Shown here: piece after piece, positions 41,245-50,843 of the stretch
How positions within the stretch are numbered: position 1 is the stretch's first letter
How the letters are laid out: each line of letters starts with the position of its first letter
Source: Candidatus Lambdaproteobacteria bacterium RIFOXYD2_FULL_50_16
GTDB lineage: Bacteria; SAR324; XYD2-FULL-50-16
Assembly: GCA_001783695.1 (NCBI GenBank)
Contig: MFNE01000043.1
Span: 77,062-141,061 of the forward strand
Direction of reading: 5' to 3'
DNA length: 64,000 bases
Position numbers and translations under genes: made by a program
The notes under the pieces: model-generated
What the model was told of the DNA's origin: nothing
Seen by the model: only the letters and a program-made list of their open reading frames with translations
Databases searched by the model: none

Positions 41245-41592
41245 CTAACCGCAGGTGCAGCCTGAACCACAAGAAGACGAACCAGCCGTAGAGCCGCAAG
41301 TCTCGGGGTCTTGGTCTTGGGGGTTGGCAAAAATAAATTGCTCGGCCCCGTCCAACTGGCCAAAGTCGATCATCATATCGGTCACGTTGTGATCGGTCTC
41401 GGGGTCCACCACAACATTGATCCCGCTGATCTGATATTCGAGGTCGCCTGCTTGCGCCTTATCAAAACCCATATTGTACGCCATTCCTTTTTCCGCGCGG
41501 CGGGCAAAGATTCTAAGGGCCAACCCTTCTTCAGGCATTTCTTGCAGAGCCGCTAAAAATTGCTCGGCGGCCCTTTGGGTAATCACAAACAT
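41245..41592 (-). CDS. Atypical HesB/IscA-family A-type carrier-like protein embedded in the dsr operon
   Basis: IscA-like fold pattern (LRI....GMAYNM.F, F.F.NP...). The first conserved Cys (GCSG) is replaced by EKG. C-terminal Cys/Gly/Ser tail CGSTAGSSSCGSGCTCG. Confidence 0.6.
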   Translation of the reverse strand: MFVITQRAAEQFLAALQEMPEEGLALRIFARRAEKGMAYNMGFDKAQAGDLEYQISGINVVVDPETDHNVTDMMIDFGQLDGAEQFIFANPQDQDPETCGSTAGSSSCGSGCTCG

Positions 41593-41703
41593 AGGTTCTC
41601 CATTGGGGCGGGGCAGGGCCCCGTTTGGGTAAAATGCAATTCGTTCTAAAGGATGGAAGCCCTTTCGGCTTGGGGCCCAAAGGGCTTTGCCTCCCCCAGA
41701 ACC

Positions 41704-41952
41704 TTAGGCTTTGGCCGAACCTTCCTGGTGGGGCAGTTCGAGCCAAGTTCCGTTAAAATAGGTATAAGTAACCCGCTCGGCGTCAACCAATTCCTTGATT
41801 GCTGCTTTGCAGTCCTTTTTGTCGATGCCTTCGGACTCGTATTTGTCGAGCATCGCCTTGATCAAATCGCCGGGCTTGTAGCGCTTTTTGCCTGCCGCCT
41901 CGGTGACCATTGCCAACATATCGTTGGCTACTGCCTGAATGTCTAACGCCAT
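41704..41952 (-). CDS. dsrD: DsrD (small winged-helix protein of reductive dsr operons)
   Basis: 82 aa directly after dsrB, with KKRYKPGDLIKAM and a C-terminal YTYFNGTWLEL pattern like DsrD (KSKFYFNDF...EYWSSGSTTMYGL). Confidence 0.7.
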   Translation of the reverse strand: MALDIQAVANDMLAMVTEAAGKKRYKPGDLIKAMLDKYESEGIDKKDCKAAIKELVDAERVTYTYFNGTWLELPHQEGSAKA

Positions 41953-41960
41953 AACTACTC

Positions 41961-43031
41961 CTAGAAGCGAAGGTGAGTGGATGCGTTGTACGACTTAGTC
42001 GCCAACTTGTAATCGTCGATATGGTACTTGGTGAACTCAAAGCCGGTCAGCTTGAAAAACCTAGCCCAACCGATCCGGTCGATCATGTCCGCCAGCCGCT
42101 CCCAGGGTTTGCCGTGGGCTTTATAAACATTGACAATGGTCCGAACTGCGTCAACCACCTCTGGCCAGCGAGGGGGGTTGTTAGGGATAAAGGGCACCAC
42201 CAACTTGGTGAAGCGGGGAACACTCCGCGCATTGGCACACTTTCCACCAACCCAGATCGAAAGCCCGTCGTTTAGGGCGTCCGCAATCGGCAGCTTTGGG
42301 CAAGCCGTGTAGCAAGCGCCGCAGTACATACACTGGGATTCGTTAATTTGTAGGGTTTTTTCACCATTTAAAATATCGGCCCGAATCGCGCCAGTAGGGC
42401 AAGCAGCGATAGTGGTGGGTACTTCGCAATATTTAGCGAGGTTTTCCTTTTGTACCTTCGGCGGACGGCGGTGAATCCCTAAAATGGCGATGTCCGAAGC
42501 GTGAACGGCGCCACACATGTTCAGGCAACAAGCGACCGCTAACTTCATCCGGCCTGGGAGGCTGTGGTGGGTGAAGTCGTCGTACAACTCGTCCATCACG
42601 CACTTCACCAAGCCCGAAGCGTCCGTGGCCGAAGTGTGGCAGTGGACCCAGCCTTGGGTGTGGATTACGTTCGACGCCGAATTGGCGGTTCCACCAACAG
42701 GCCAGCCTTCGCCTTCGAGTTCTTTAATCATGGGCTCAATGTTGGCCTCATGAACCGTCATAAATTCGACGTTCGAGCGACTGGTAAAGCGCAAAAAGCC
42801 GTCGCAATATTTATCTGCAATATCGCAGAAATAGAGGATCGACTTGACACTTAAGAGCCGAGGGCTACCCACCCGGACAGACCAAAGTTTATCGCCCGAC
42901 TCACCCACATGTAACATTACGCCTGGGCGAGGGATTTCATGGTAATCCCACTTGCCATAGTTTTCTAAGATGACCGGCGGTAGGAACTGCTTGTAATCGG
43001 GACATCCGATATCGGTTTTTCTAACATTCAT
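41961..43031 (-). CDS. dsrB: Dissimilatory sulfite reductase beta subunit
   Basis: 356 aa; siroheme/Fe-S Cys motifs ([14 protein letters not shown]) and a ferredoxin insert ([12 protein letters not shown]). Adjacent to dsrA. Confidence 0.9.
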   Translation of the reverse strand: MNVRKTDIGCPDYKQFLPPVILENYGKWDYHEIPRPGVMLHVGESGDKLWSVRVGSPRLLSVKSILYFCDIADKYCDGFLRFTSRSNVEFMTVHEANIEPMIKELEGEGWPVGGTANSASNVIHTQGWVHCHTSATDASGLVKCVMDELYDDFTHHSLPGRMKLAVACCLNMCGAVHASDIAILGIHRRPPKVQKENLAKYCEVPTTIAACPTGAIRADILNGEKTLQINESQCMYCGACYTACPKLPIADALNDGLSIWVGGKCANARSVPRFTKLVVPFIPNNPPRWPEVVDAVRTIVNVYKAHGKPWERLADMIDRIGWARFFKLTGFEFTKYHIDDYKLATKSYNASTHLRF

Positions 43032-43054
43032 AGCTTTCCTTTGTGGACAGATGG

Positions 43055-44263
43055 TTATTTGTTGGCGGTGGCGTCGTCTTCTTCTTCGTAGAACTCATCG
43101 TAGAAGATATACGGGTTTTCGCGCGGGTGAATCACCATCTGTACATCAGGTGCAATGCCAATTTTTTCTAAAAATTCGCCTTTGCCCATCCGCTCAACCA
43201 ACTCACCAATACGCTCTTTGTTTTCGCCATGGTCGTCCCAAACATCCCAGATCGATTCTAAGAGTTCTTTAACCTCGTCGTAAGGCTCCTCGATTTTCAT
43301 AAAGGGAACCAATACCGAGCTAAACAACGCTCCTTGCACAATCGGTGCTTTCGCCCCGATTAGAATGGTCGCGCCCCGGTCCAGGCCTGGCTTGATAGCG
43401 CGGGGATAGGCATTGATACACTGCATGCAACGTACACAGTTTTCGTTGTCAATCTTGATTTTTTTGCCATCCCATTCGATGGCCCGGGTCGGGCAGAGGA
43501 GAACCGCATCATTGATCGGATTGCGGCCATTTGCCACGTATCGGGTCATCTCTTCGTCGTTAACCCGGATATGGTCGCGCCAAGTCCCGATAATCGAAAA
43601 GTCTGCGCGGGCAATCGAGGATACGCAGTCGTTAGGACAACCAGAAACCTTGATTTTGAATTTGTAGGGAAACGCGGGTCTGTGGATTTCGTCTTGGTAG
43701 TGGTGGGTAATGTCGTGGCAAATATCCAAACAGTCGAACATCGCCCATTCGCAACGGGCCGGACCGACACAGCAAGAAGGGGTCCGCAGCGCCGAGCCCG
43801 ATCCACCTAAGTCCCAACCCTTTTCGGTTAAGGCCGAGAAGATGGGCTCTAATTCGTCGGTAGTGGTGCCCAGCAAGATAATGTCGCCCGTAGAGCCATG
43901 CATGTTAGTCAAACCCGAGCCATACTTATCAAAGATTTCGCAGAGGTCGCGCAGCGCCTGGGTGTTGTAAAACCAACCTGCTGGTTGGTTGACCCTAACC
44001 GTGTGAAAGTGGGCGGCGCCGGGGAATTCTTCGGGAGAGTCAGAATAACGGCCAATAATGCCGCCCCCATATCCTTTAACCCCCACGATCCCGCCGTGTT
44101 TCCAGTGGGTTTTTTTGTCCACATAGGACTTTTCCAATTGGCGAAGGACGTCACGCACCATGGGCTTGGTGTCGGCCATTTCCTTCATCTCTTTAACAAA
44201 GCTGGGCCAACGGCCTTTGAGCAATTCGTCTAAGAGCGGGGTTTCGCTACTAGGGTTCGACAT
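43055..44263 (-). CDS. dsrA: Dissimilatory sulfite reductase alpha subunit
   Basis: Hallmark [38 protein letters not shown] and ferredoxin-domain CVRCMQC. Confidence 0.93.
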   Translation of the reverse strand: MSNPSSETPLLDELLKGRWPSFVKEMKEMADTKPMVRDVLRQLEKSYVDKKTHWKHGGIVGVKGYGGGIIGRYSDSPEEFPGAAHFHTVRVNQPAGWFYNTQALRDLCEIFDKYGSGLTNMHGSTGDIILLGTTTDELEPIFSALTEKGWDLGGSGSALRTPSCCVGPARCEWAMFDCLDICHDITHHYQDEIHRPAFPYKFKIKVSGCPNDCVSSIARADFSIIGTWRDHIRVNDEEMTRYVANGRNPINDAVLLCPTRAIEWDGKKIKIDNENCVRCMQCINAYPRAIKPGLDRGATILIGAKAPIVQGALFSSVLVPFMKIEEPYDEVKELLESIWDVWDDHGENKERIGELVERMGKGEFLEKIGIAPDVQMVIHPRENPYIFYDEFYEEEDDATANK

Positions 44264-44326
44264 GGTTCTCCTGATTAGGGAGGGGCCATTAAGGCCCCCG
44301 TTGATCGTTGGCTCGGGCTTGGAAGT

Positions 44327-44662
44327 TTAGACGCAGCCAGTCGGTTTGGGTAGGCCAGCAATTTTGCAAGCTTGTTTAGCCGGACCCGAAGGGAATAGGT
44401 CATACAGGTACTTAGAGGCATCTTTTTTATCCATGCCTTCTTTTTTCGCAATTTCCTTAGTCAAGATCTTAACCATGGGTGCGATTTGGTATTCGGCGTA
44501 GTACTCACGCAAAAAGCGAACAATCGCCCAATGTTGTTCAGACATTTCGACATCTTCAGTAACTGAAAGGGCTTTGGCCACGTCTTCAGTCCAATCATTT
44601 AGGTCTTTGAGGTATCCGTCTTCATCGGTTTCGATGCTTTTTCCGTTAACTTCGATACTCAT
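44327..44662 (-). CDS. dsrC: DsrC (TusE/DsrC family) with the conserved C-terminal arm ...CKIAGLPKPTGCV
   Basis: 111 aa with the penultimate-Cys C-terminal PTGCV tail and a second Cys 11 residues upstream. Strong RBS GAGGAG. Confidence 0.88.
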   Translation of the reverse strand: MSIEVNGKSIETDEDGYLKDLNDWTEDVAKALSVTEDVEMSEQHWAIVRFLREYYAEYQIAPMVKILTKEIAKKEGMDKKDASKYLYDLFPSGPAKQACKIAGLPKPTGCV

Positions 44663-44690
44663 GTTTGCTCCTCGGTAGGATTAAAAAGTT

Positions 44691-44706
44691 TGTGAAAACA
44701 GTTCAC
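44691..44706. promoter_or_regulatory. CRP/FNR-like palindrome TGTGAAAACAGTTCAC, 30-45 bp upstream of the dsrC start codon within a 286-bp AT-rich promoter region (44663..44948)
   Basis: Read directly from the sequence: GTGAA-N5-TTCAC inverted repeat. The region also carries TTGACA at 44761. Confidence 0.4.
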
Positions 44707-44948
44707 TGTTCAAGAGATTTGCTATATTCTAATATATCGATATAAAATTACAATATCTTTTTGACAATCAAGTGTATTTTTTTACTGGAGCCGGTTTTAT
44801 ACAACATTAACTAAATGATATATAACGTTAATTAATAATGTAAAAAATCAAACCCCATTTGAAAATCCACCAATTGGAGCCCCAAAACCGCTTTATCTGA
44901 TTAACCCGATCAAGTTTAACCCCTTAAACACCTCCTTAAAGGCAAACG

Positions 44949-45563
44949 ATGGCTAGCTTACAAGATCATTGGGAAGAAATATATAAAGAGAAACCGAGTG
45001 TCAGCTTAGGCTGGTATCAAGAATCACCCAGTCTTTCTTTACGGCTAATTGAAGGCGCAGGGTTACCAAAAGAGGCCCCCTGCCTAGACGCCGGAGCCGG
45101 GTGTAGTTTATTAGCAGACCAGCTTAAGGCCATAGGATATCAAGACTTGAGCCTAGTTGATTGGTCTTTGGCCGCGTTAGAACAGGTCAAAGGGCGCTTG
45201 GGTGCAAAAGGGGTCCAATATTTGGTGGGAGATTTGTTAAAGCTTAAGCTGGAACGCCGGTATCAACTCTGGCACGACCGGGCAGTGTTTCACTTTTTAA
45301 TCAATGATCAAGAACAAGAGGCCTATTTAGAACAAGTCAAAGCCGCCCTGGTACCTGGTGGTTTTTTTGTGGTAGGTGGGTTCTCTCCCGAAGGGCCAGA
45401 ACGCTGTTCTGGTCAGCCAGTTCGAAGGTTAGCCCCTTTAAGACTGGCAGAACTGTTTGGTGCCGATTTTGAGTTAGAGGTTGAACAAGCCGACATTCAC
45501 CACACCCCAGGGGGAACCGCGCAATCTTACTTGTATCAGCGTTGGCGACGAAAAACCATTTAA
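44949..45563 (+). CDS. Class I SAM-dependent methyltransferase
   Basis: Motif I LDAGAGCSLL, post-I acidic DLSLVD, motif II-like VGDLL. Confidence 0.7.
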   Translation: MASLQDHWEEIYKEKPSVSLGWYQESPSLSLRLIEGAGLPKEAPCLDAGAGCSLLADQLKAIGYQDLSLVDWSLAALEQVKGRLGAKGVQYLVGDLLKLKLERRYQLWHDRAVFHFLINDQEQEAYLEQVKAALVPGGFFVVGGFSPEGPERCSGQPVRRLAPLRLAELFGADFELEVEQADIHHTPGGTAQSYLYQRWRRKTI

Positions 45564-47878
45564 CCATGTATGGCCTTTTCCATCGCCCTGAGTAGGAGTT
45601 TAACCTCAATTGGTTTGGAAACGTAGTCGTCCATGCCCGCTTCTAAGCAACGTGCGCGGTCTTCTTCCATGGCCTTTGCGGTCACCGCAATAATAGGTAA
45701 GCGACCCTTAAGCCGGCCTTCGGCCTCTAGCTGCCGAATCTTTTTTGCTGTTTGATACCCATCTAAAATGGGCATCAAACAGTCCATTAATACCAAGTCA
45801 ACCGATTCCTCTAGCAAGCGGTCTAGGGCTAACATCCCGTTTTCCGCCTCTAACACCACAAATCCCTGTTTGGTCAAAATCCGTCTGATCACAGAAGCGT
45901 TGATTGAGTCGTCTTCCGCCACCAAAACCCGATGCCCCGGCCCAATAGGGCGCAAGGCTTCTCGGTGGTCTGGGGCGCTGTTTATCTGATTAGGTGAAAC
46001 CGTCAAAACCGGAATTTCGAACCAAAAAAGACTACCCTTTCCCTCAATACTGCGGACCCCGATGGTTCCGTTCATAAATGTAATCAAATTTTTGGCAATC
46101 GCCAAACCCAAGCCAATCCCACCGTAGCGACGCGTTGGGCTTGAATCGGCTTGGGTGAAGGTGGCAAAGATTTGTTCTAGGTGTCCCTCTGGTATTCCCA
46201 CTCCAGTATCACTCACCTCCAATCGAATCTGGTTTTCAGGCAAACTAATGGCTTTGAGTCGCACTTCCCCTTTGGGAGTGAATTTGATAGCGTTGGCTAA
46301 CAGATTGGAAAGCACCTTGGTAACCAGGCTGGCGTCTAGCTCTAAGTAGCGGTGTAAAATTTCCTCGTCGTCTAGCACCAAAGTAAGGTTTTTAGCCTTA
46401 GCCCCGGCCCAAAACATGGTGACTAAATTGCTCAAAATAGCTTTGATATCACAAGGTTCTGGTTGAGCAGAAAGATGACCGGCTTCGATACGGGTGATGT
46501 CTAATACCTCGTCTAAAACCTGAACCAGGGCCTTGGCACTGGCGATAATCACGTCGATAAACTCCCGTTTCTCTGGGTCCTCTTCTTCGGCGGCCATGAT
46601 TTGCCCTATACCTAGAATCCCGTTCATTGGGGTGCGAAGTTCATGGCTCATGGTAGCCAAGAAATTGGTTTTGGCGAGGTTCGCCGCTTCTGCGTCGGCG
46701 CGGGCTTGCTCAAGGGCCACGTCGCTTAATTTTTTATCGGTTATGTCTTCTTTGACCCCTAAAAAATTAGTGATTCGACCGGCATCGTCAAAAATAGGCG
46801 AGATGGTCACCGACTCCCAAAATAACTCGCCATTTTTCTTTTTGTTATGCATCTCCCCGCGCCACTGGCGACCGGCGGTGATCTCGTTCCAAAGTCGTTC
46901 GTAAAAAAAGTGGTCATGTTGGCCCGATTTGAAGATATTTGGATTTTGCCCCACTATTTCAATGCGTTCGAATCCGGTTGATTCGCTAACCTGAGGGTTG
47001 GCATATTCGATGTAGCCGTTCAGGTCGGTAATAATAATGGATACAGGGCTTTGTTCGACGGCGCGGTTGAGTTTAAGCAAGCGGGCTTCGGCGTTTTGGC
47101 GAGCAACAGACATTTGGTCTAGGCTGTTTGCCAGACGGCCCAGCTCGTCATATCCGGTCAGTTCTGTGCGGGCCTCTAGGTTTCCTTTTCCAATTTCCTC
47201 GGTAACCTGCACCATTCGCCAAATGCGGCGACTGATCAATTGGTCAAAAAAGATGGCCAAAATGATAGTGAAGACTCCCAGCACTATACTAAACTGTAGT
47301 ACTTGGCGTTTAACCGATTCGAAGCTTTCGTGTTTGGCGCGGTTAAGGCTTTCAGAAATCAGGAAAAACCCCCGGATTGGCTCTCGTAGTTCTTTGGGGT
47401 TATGACCCAAGAGGATTGGATAAAGTCCAATCAGACCCAGCCGGTCTTCGGTCAGATAAACCTGTCCCGCTTCCTGGGTTTTGACCTGGTGCAATTTATT
47501 TAATATCAGCTGATTACTTGCTTGATTCGTACTTAACAGGCGCTTATTCCAATTGGTTCCAATATCTCCCAACCGATTTGAAGCTAAAATGGTTCCTTTT
47601 TCGTCAAACAAGACGAGGCAGGTAAAATCAGGATTCGCCGAAAGGCCGGCAAATTCCCGTTGAACCAAAACCAAATCCGAGCGGTGATAGGCATGTTCGA
47701 TTGTGATTTGCAGGCGGGTTAATAAGCCCGTTAACTCCAGGGTAGAACGGCGCTCGACTTCTTGGTCTGAAAGCCGCCCATTATACCGCAAGCTCCATAA
47801 GGAGAGAATCAGCGTAAAAACCAACAAAGCTAAAGGAAAGACTACCCTCAGAGGAATTCGGGCGTGACGAATGATCAT
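45560..47878 (-). CDS. Hybrid sensor histidine kinase/response regulator (TM-sensor, HAMP, PAS, HisKA, HATPase, REC)
   Basis: Canonical H-box FLATMSHELRTPMNGILG, G-boxes, PAS region, and a C-terminal REC with VLMDCLMPILDG. Confidence 0.85.
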   Translation of the reverse strand: MIIRHARIPLRVVFPLALLVFTLILSLWSLRYNGRLSDQEVERRSTLELTGLLTRLQITIEHAYHRSDLVLVQREFAGLSANPDFTCLVLFDEKGTILASNRLGDIGTNWNKRLLSTNQASNQLILNKLHQVKTQEAGQVYLTEDRLGLIGLYPILLGHNPKELREPIRGFFLISESLNRAKHESFESVKRQVLQFSIVLGVFTIILAIFFDQLISRRIWRMVQVTEEIGKGNLEARTELTGYDELGRLANSLDQMSVARQNAEARLLKLNRAVEQSPVSIIITDLNGYIEYANPQVSESTGFERIEIVGQNPNIFKSGQHDHFFYERLWNEITAGRQWRGEMHNKKKNGELFWESVTISPIFDDAGRITNFLGVKEDITDKKLSDVALEQARADAEAANLAKTNFLATMSHELRTPMNGILGIGQIMAAEEEDPEKREFIDVIIASAKALVQVLDEVLDITRIEAGHLSAQPEPCDIKAILSNLVTMFWAGAKAKNLTLVLDDEEILHRYLELDASLVTKVLSNLLANAIKFTPKGEVRLKAISLPENQIRLEVSDTGVGIPEGHLEQIFATFTQADSSPTRRYGGIGLGLAIAKNLITFMNGTIGVRSIEGKGSLFWFEIPVLTVSPNQINSAPDHREALRPIGPGHRVLVAEDDSINASVIRRILTKQGFVVLEAENGMLALDRLLEESVDLVLMDCLMPILDGYQTAKKIRQLEAEGRLKGRLPIIAVTAKAMEEDRARCLEAGMDDYVSKPIEVKLLLRAMEKAIHG

Positions 47879-48879
47879 TGAACAAACCTGGGCTCAAGCA
47901 GGGTTTTTAAATCGAGCTTTTTATAAATCAATTGGTTTTTGCGTAAATAGGCATCTAACCAACCTATTTGCTCGGCCAGCGGGGGGGGACTCCCACTCAT
48001 TAACCGGGCATTTTCCTGTCGGTTGGGTTGGCTGATCCCTCCTAAGGTGGCTCGTATCTCGCTGGGGTCAAGGCCCATGCGGTCTCCGTATATCAGGGCG
48101 GCTTGATCTAAATCGGATTCTTGAGTTTGCAGGGCGGCAAACCAACCTTCGAGCAATTGGCTAATTATGGCCCCATTCTGTTCAATTACCGAATTTCGGA
48201 TCACTAGAACGTCTATGATTTCATTAGGTATTGCCGCCGAGCTAAACACCTGATTAGCCCCCTTCTTGATTAACCTAGTTCGGATCGGCTCGAAAGTGAC
48301 CACGGCCTCGACCTCGCCCTTGAGAAAAGCCTGCTCATGTTCGTCCGCCTCTAAATAAACTAATTGAAACTGATCAGGAGTCAGACCCTCGATATCTAGC
48401 GCCCGCGAGAAAAAGAACCCCCCTAAGGCCGATTGCTCAAGGCCGATTCGTTTGCCCGCAAGCGATTTAAGGTCTTTATAGTCAGGCTTGGCCAGGATCG
48501 AATCCCCCCCTTTGGAGATGTCGCAGAGCAGCACAACCTTAAAGTCTTCGTCGGTCTCGGCTAAGAGTAACACTTCGTCCATGGTCAAGGTGGCGGCGTT
48601 GATTACCCCATTTTTAAAGGCTTTGATCACCATGGTCGCCGAGGTGTATTCGACTAAACGTATTTCTTCGTTATTATAAAACCCTAATTTTCGAGCGAAA
48701 AAAAGCGGTTCGTAACCGAGCCAAGCATTGGCGCCGAGATTAAGAACGGTTTGGGGTTTATCTTGATGGTTAGCTTGGCGCTCGATAAGCCTCTCTAGTC
48801 TGCCAAACCACAATAGGTCGGCAGTTAAAGCCAAAAAAAAGGCCCCGAGTAATACCAAGGTCACAGCAGAACGATTCAT
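47875..48879 (-). CDS. Periplasmic substrate-binding protein (NMT1/SsuA/TauA-like), co-operonic with the hybrid kinase
   Basis: Signal/TM N-terminus and an ABC-type SBP fold pattern. 4-nt overlap with the kinase gene. Confidence 0.6.
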   Translation of the reverse strand: MNRSAVTLVLLGAFFLALTADLLWFGRLERLIERQANHQDKPQTVLNLGANAWLGYEPLFFARKLGFYNNEEIRLVEYTSATMVIKAFKNGVINAATLTMDEVLLLAETDEDFKVVLLCDISKGGDSILAKPDYKDLKSLAGKRIGLEQSALGGFFFSRALDIEGLTPDQFQLVYLEADEHEQAFLKGEVEAVVTFEPIRTRLIKKGANQVFSSAAIPNEIIDVLVIRNSVIEQNGAIISQLLEGWFAALQTQESDLDQAALIYGDRMGLDPSEIRATLGGISQPNRQENARLMSGSPPPLAEQIGWLDAYLRKNQLIYKKLDLKTLLEPRFVQ

Positions 48880-49103
48880 TTAGCCTTTTATCTTGTCTGG
48901 AGGCCCCATCCCCTCCGTGGGAGCAATCTATCACTCTAAACCTGATTAAACAACTAGAGGTTTAAAAAAAGGAGGACCTGAGTGGCCCCTAAGGTCGAGG
49001 CAGGGGGTTTTTTATTTAAGAATCAAACAATTTTAAGTGGCTATTTTATTTAATGAATTTAGCAAAAAATGAACCTTTATCGGGGGGTAAAATATTGCGG
49101 TGC

Positions 49104-50702
49104 TTAAGGCTTTTTAGACAGTTGCTGATCAATCTGTCGGCAGGCTTCCCCAATTTTAAGTAAACTTCGAATTAGTCCGAACCCTAATTGATGGGAAGCG
49201 AGGTCGGCGAGTTGAGGTGGGTTGGTCTTAAATTGGTGACGGAGCTGAGCGAGCTGGGCGAACGTATCCGAATTGGCCCTCCCTTGGCCTGACTCTAGGT
49301 TAGTGATCGTTTGATTAAGCATTTGGCCCACCAGACCTACTAACTGGTCAACCTCTCCTCTAAAATCATTTGAAAATATGAGGTGGTCGCGCCGTTTTTT
49401 TTCTAGGCGGTTCATCAATTCCATAATCCGGTCCGCGATCCCTTCTAAACGGTCAAGAACCATTAAATCAACCATCGCCAGGGCGACTTGGCGGGCAACC
49501 AGACCTTGGGAGTGTTGGATTAAGCGGTTTGAAATCTGCTCTTGAATATGGTCTGTAAGTCGTTCTTGGCTACTTAAAGTGATTAGATCGGGTCCTAAAT
49601 CCCCTTTTTTGGTTCGCCAGGATTCGGCAAAACGGGCAAACATCAGCCCAATCATCTCACTCATCTGGGTTATCCCCGCCTGGGCTTGCTCCAAAACATC
49701 CGGCTCGGTCTCGGTTTTTGTTTTCTCCCCCTTTACCAATCGTTTGGCTAATTCGGTTAATTGGGGCACAAATCCCACCAGCAGCAGGATGGTAATGAGG
49801 TTAAACAGCGTGTGGAAGGCAGCCAGATGTGTGGGCAGATTTGCCGGGTCACTAAGCTCACCAGGAACCAAATAATCGACCATCTCTAAAAAATAGGGGA
49901 GCAGTAAAAGCACCCACAACACCCCGATAAAGTTAAATAAAAAATGGGCTCCCGCTGCTCGTCTGGCGTTTTGACTGGTACCTATGGCGGCCAGTTGGGC
50001 GGTGACGGTAGTGCCGATGTTTTGGCCTAAAACCGTAGCCGCAGCAATCGGAAAATCGATCCAGCCTCGGTATGCCATGACCAGGGTAATCGCTCCCGCC
50101 GCACTGGAGGACTGCACCACTACACTCATCAAAATACCAAATACCAAAAACAAGAGGGTCGAGCCAAATCCATATCCTGTATAACGAGCTAAAAAGGCGA
50201 CGGCATCGGGATTGGCCATGAGACTGGGCACTCCGTCTTTAAGTAGGTCGAGCCCCATAAAGGCAAGTCCAAAACCAATCAGGCTTTCTCCCCACTTTTT
50301 TCGCTGCTCGATTTTGGAAAATAAGAAGGGCACCCCTAAGGCGATAGCGGGCATAACCATCGCGGTTAATTTAAAGCCAAACCCCAACAGGGCTACAATC
50401 CAAAAGTTCAGGGTAGTGCCTAAGTTGGCACCCATAATAATCGACACCGCCTCGCGTAACTTCATGATCCGGGCGTTAACCAGACTGACGACCAATACGG
50501 TGGTGGCGGCGCTGCTGTGGATCAGGCCGGTAATAAAAAAACCGGTGAAAATGCCGCCAATGCGGTTTTTAGCCAAAAACCGAATTGCCTGACGAATGTG
50601 GTCTCCTCGAAGGGCTAAAAAGGCCTCGCTCATAACCTTGAGGCCAAAGAAAAAAATCCCTAGTGCGCCTAGCAGTTCGAAGGTTTTTAAAAAAGCGTCC
50701 AA
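49104..50702 (-). CDS. Na+/phosphate cotransporter family protein (NptA-like) with a C-terminal PhoU-like domain
   Basis: Duplicated Na/Pi-cotransporter membrane repeats (GANLGTT, GQNIGTT) plus a helical C-terminal domain. Confidence 0.75.
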   Translation of the reverse strand: MDAFLKTFELLGALGIFFFGLKVMSEAFLALRGDHIRQAIRFLAKNRIGGIFTGFFITGLIHSSAATTVLVVSLVNARIMKLREAVSIIMGANLGTTLNFWIVALLGFGFKLTAMVMPAIALGVPFLFSKIEQRKKWGESLIGFGLAFMGLDLLKDGVPSLMANPDAVAFLARYTGYGFGSTLLFLVFGILMSVVVQSSSAAGAITLVMAYRGWIDFPIAAATVLGQNIGTTVTAQLAAIGTSQNARRAAGAHFLFNFIGVLWVLLLLPYFLEMVDYLVPGELSDPANLPTHLAAFHTLFNLITILLLVGFVPQLTELAKRLVKGEKTKTETEPDVLEQAQAGITQMSEMIGLMFARFAESWRTKKGDLGPDLITLSSQERLTDHIQEQISNRLIQHSQGLVARQVALAMVDLMVLDRLEGIADRIMELMNRLEKKRRDHLIFSNDFRGEVDQLVGLVGQMLNQTITNLESGQGRANSDTFAQLAQLRHQFKTNPPQLADLASHQLGFGLIRSLLKIGEACRQIDQQLSKKP

Positions 50703-50843
50703 GGTTTCCTCTGTTGGTTAATCGGCTATTTGGGGCCACTTCAGCAGGCGTAGCAGGTCTGTAAATCCCGGTCTAATCGAAACTGCCTCACCCTGGACAA
50801 GGGGGGAGCTAGTGGGTAGTTTTAAAGAAAAAAAGGAGTAACT

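Noticed and set aside
35788-44662. Interpreting the dsr cluster as an oxidative (sulfur-oxidizer) dsr locus because dsrC precedes dsrAB and dsrT is present
   Set aside because: dsrD is present directly after dsrB and there are no dsrEFH or dsrL genes. Both are hallmarks of the reductive pathway.
48880-49103. Possible terminator hairpin CCCCT...AGGGG followed by T6 near 48990..49010
   Set aside because: It is oriented for + strand transcription, but no + strand gene lies upstream. The stem is weak (5 bp). This is likely coincidental within a divergent or convergent spacer.
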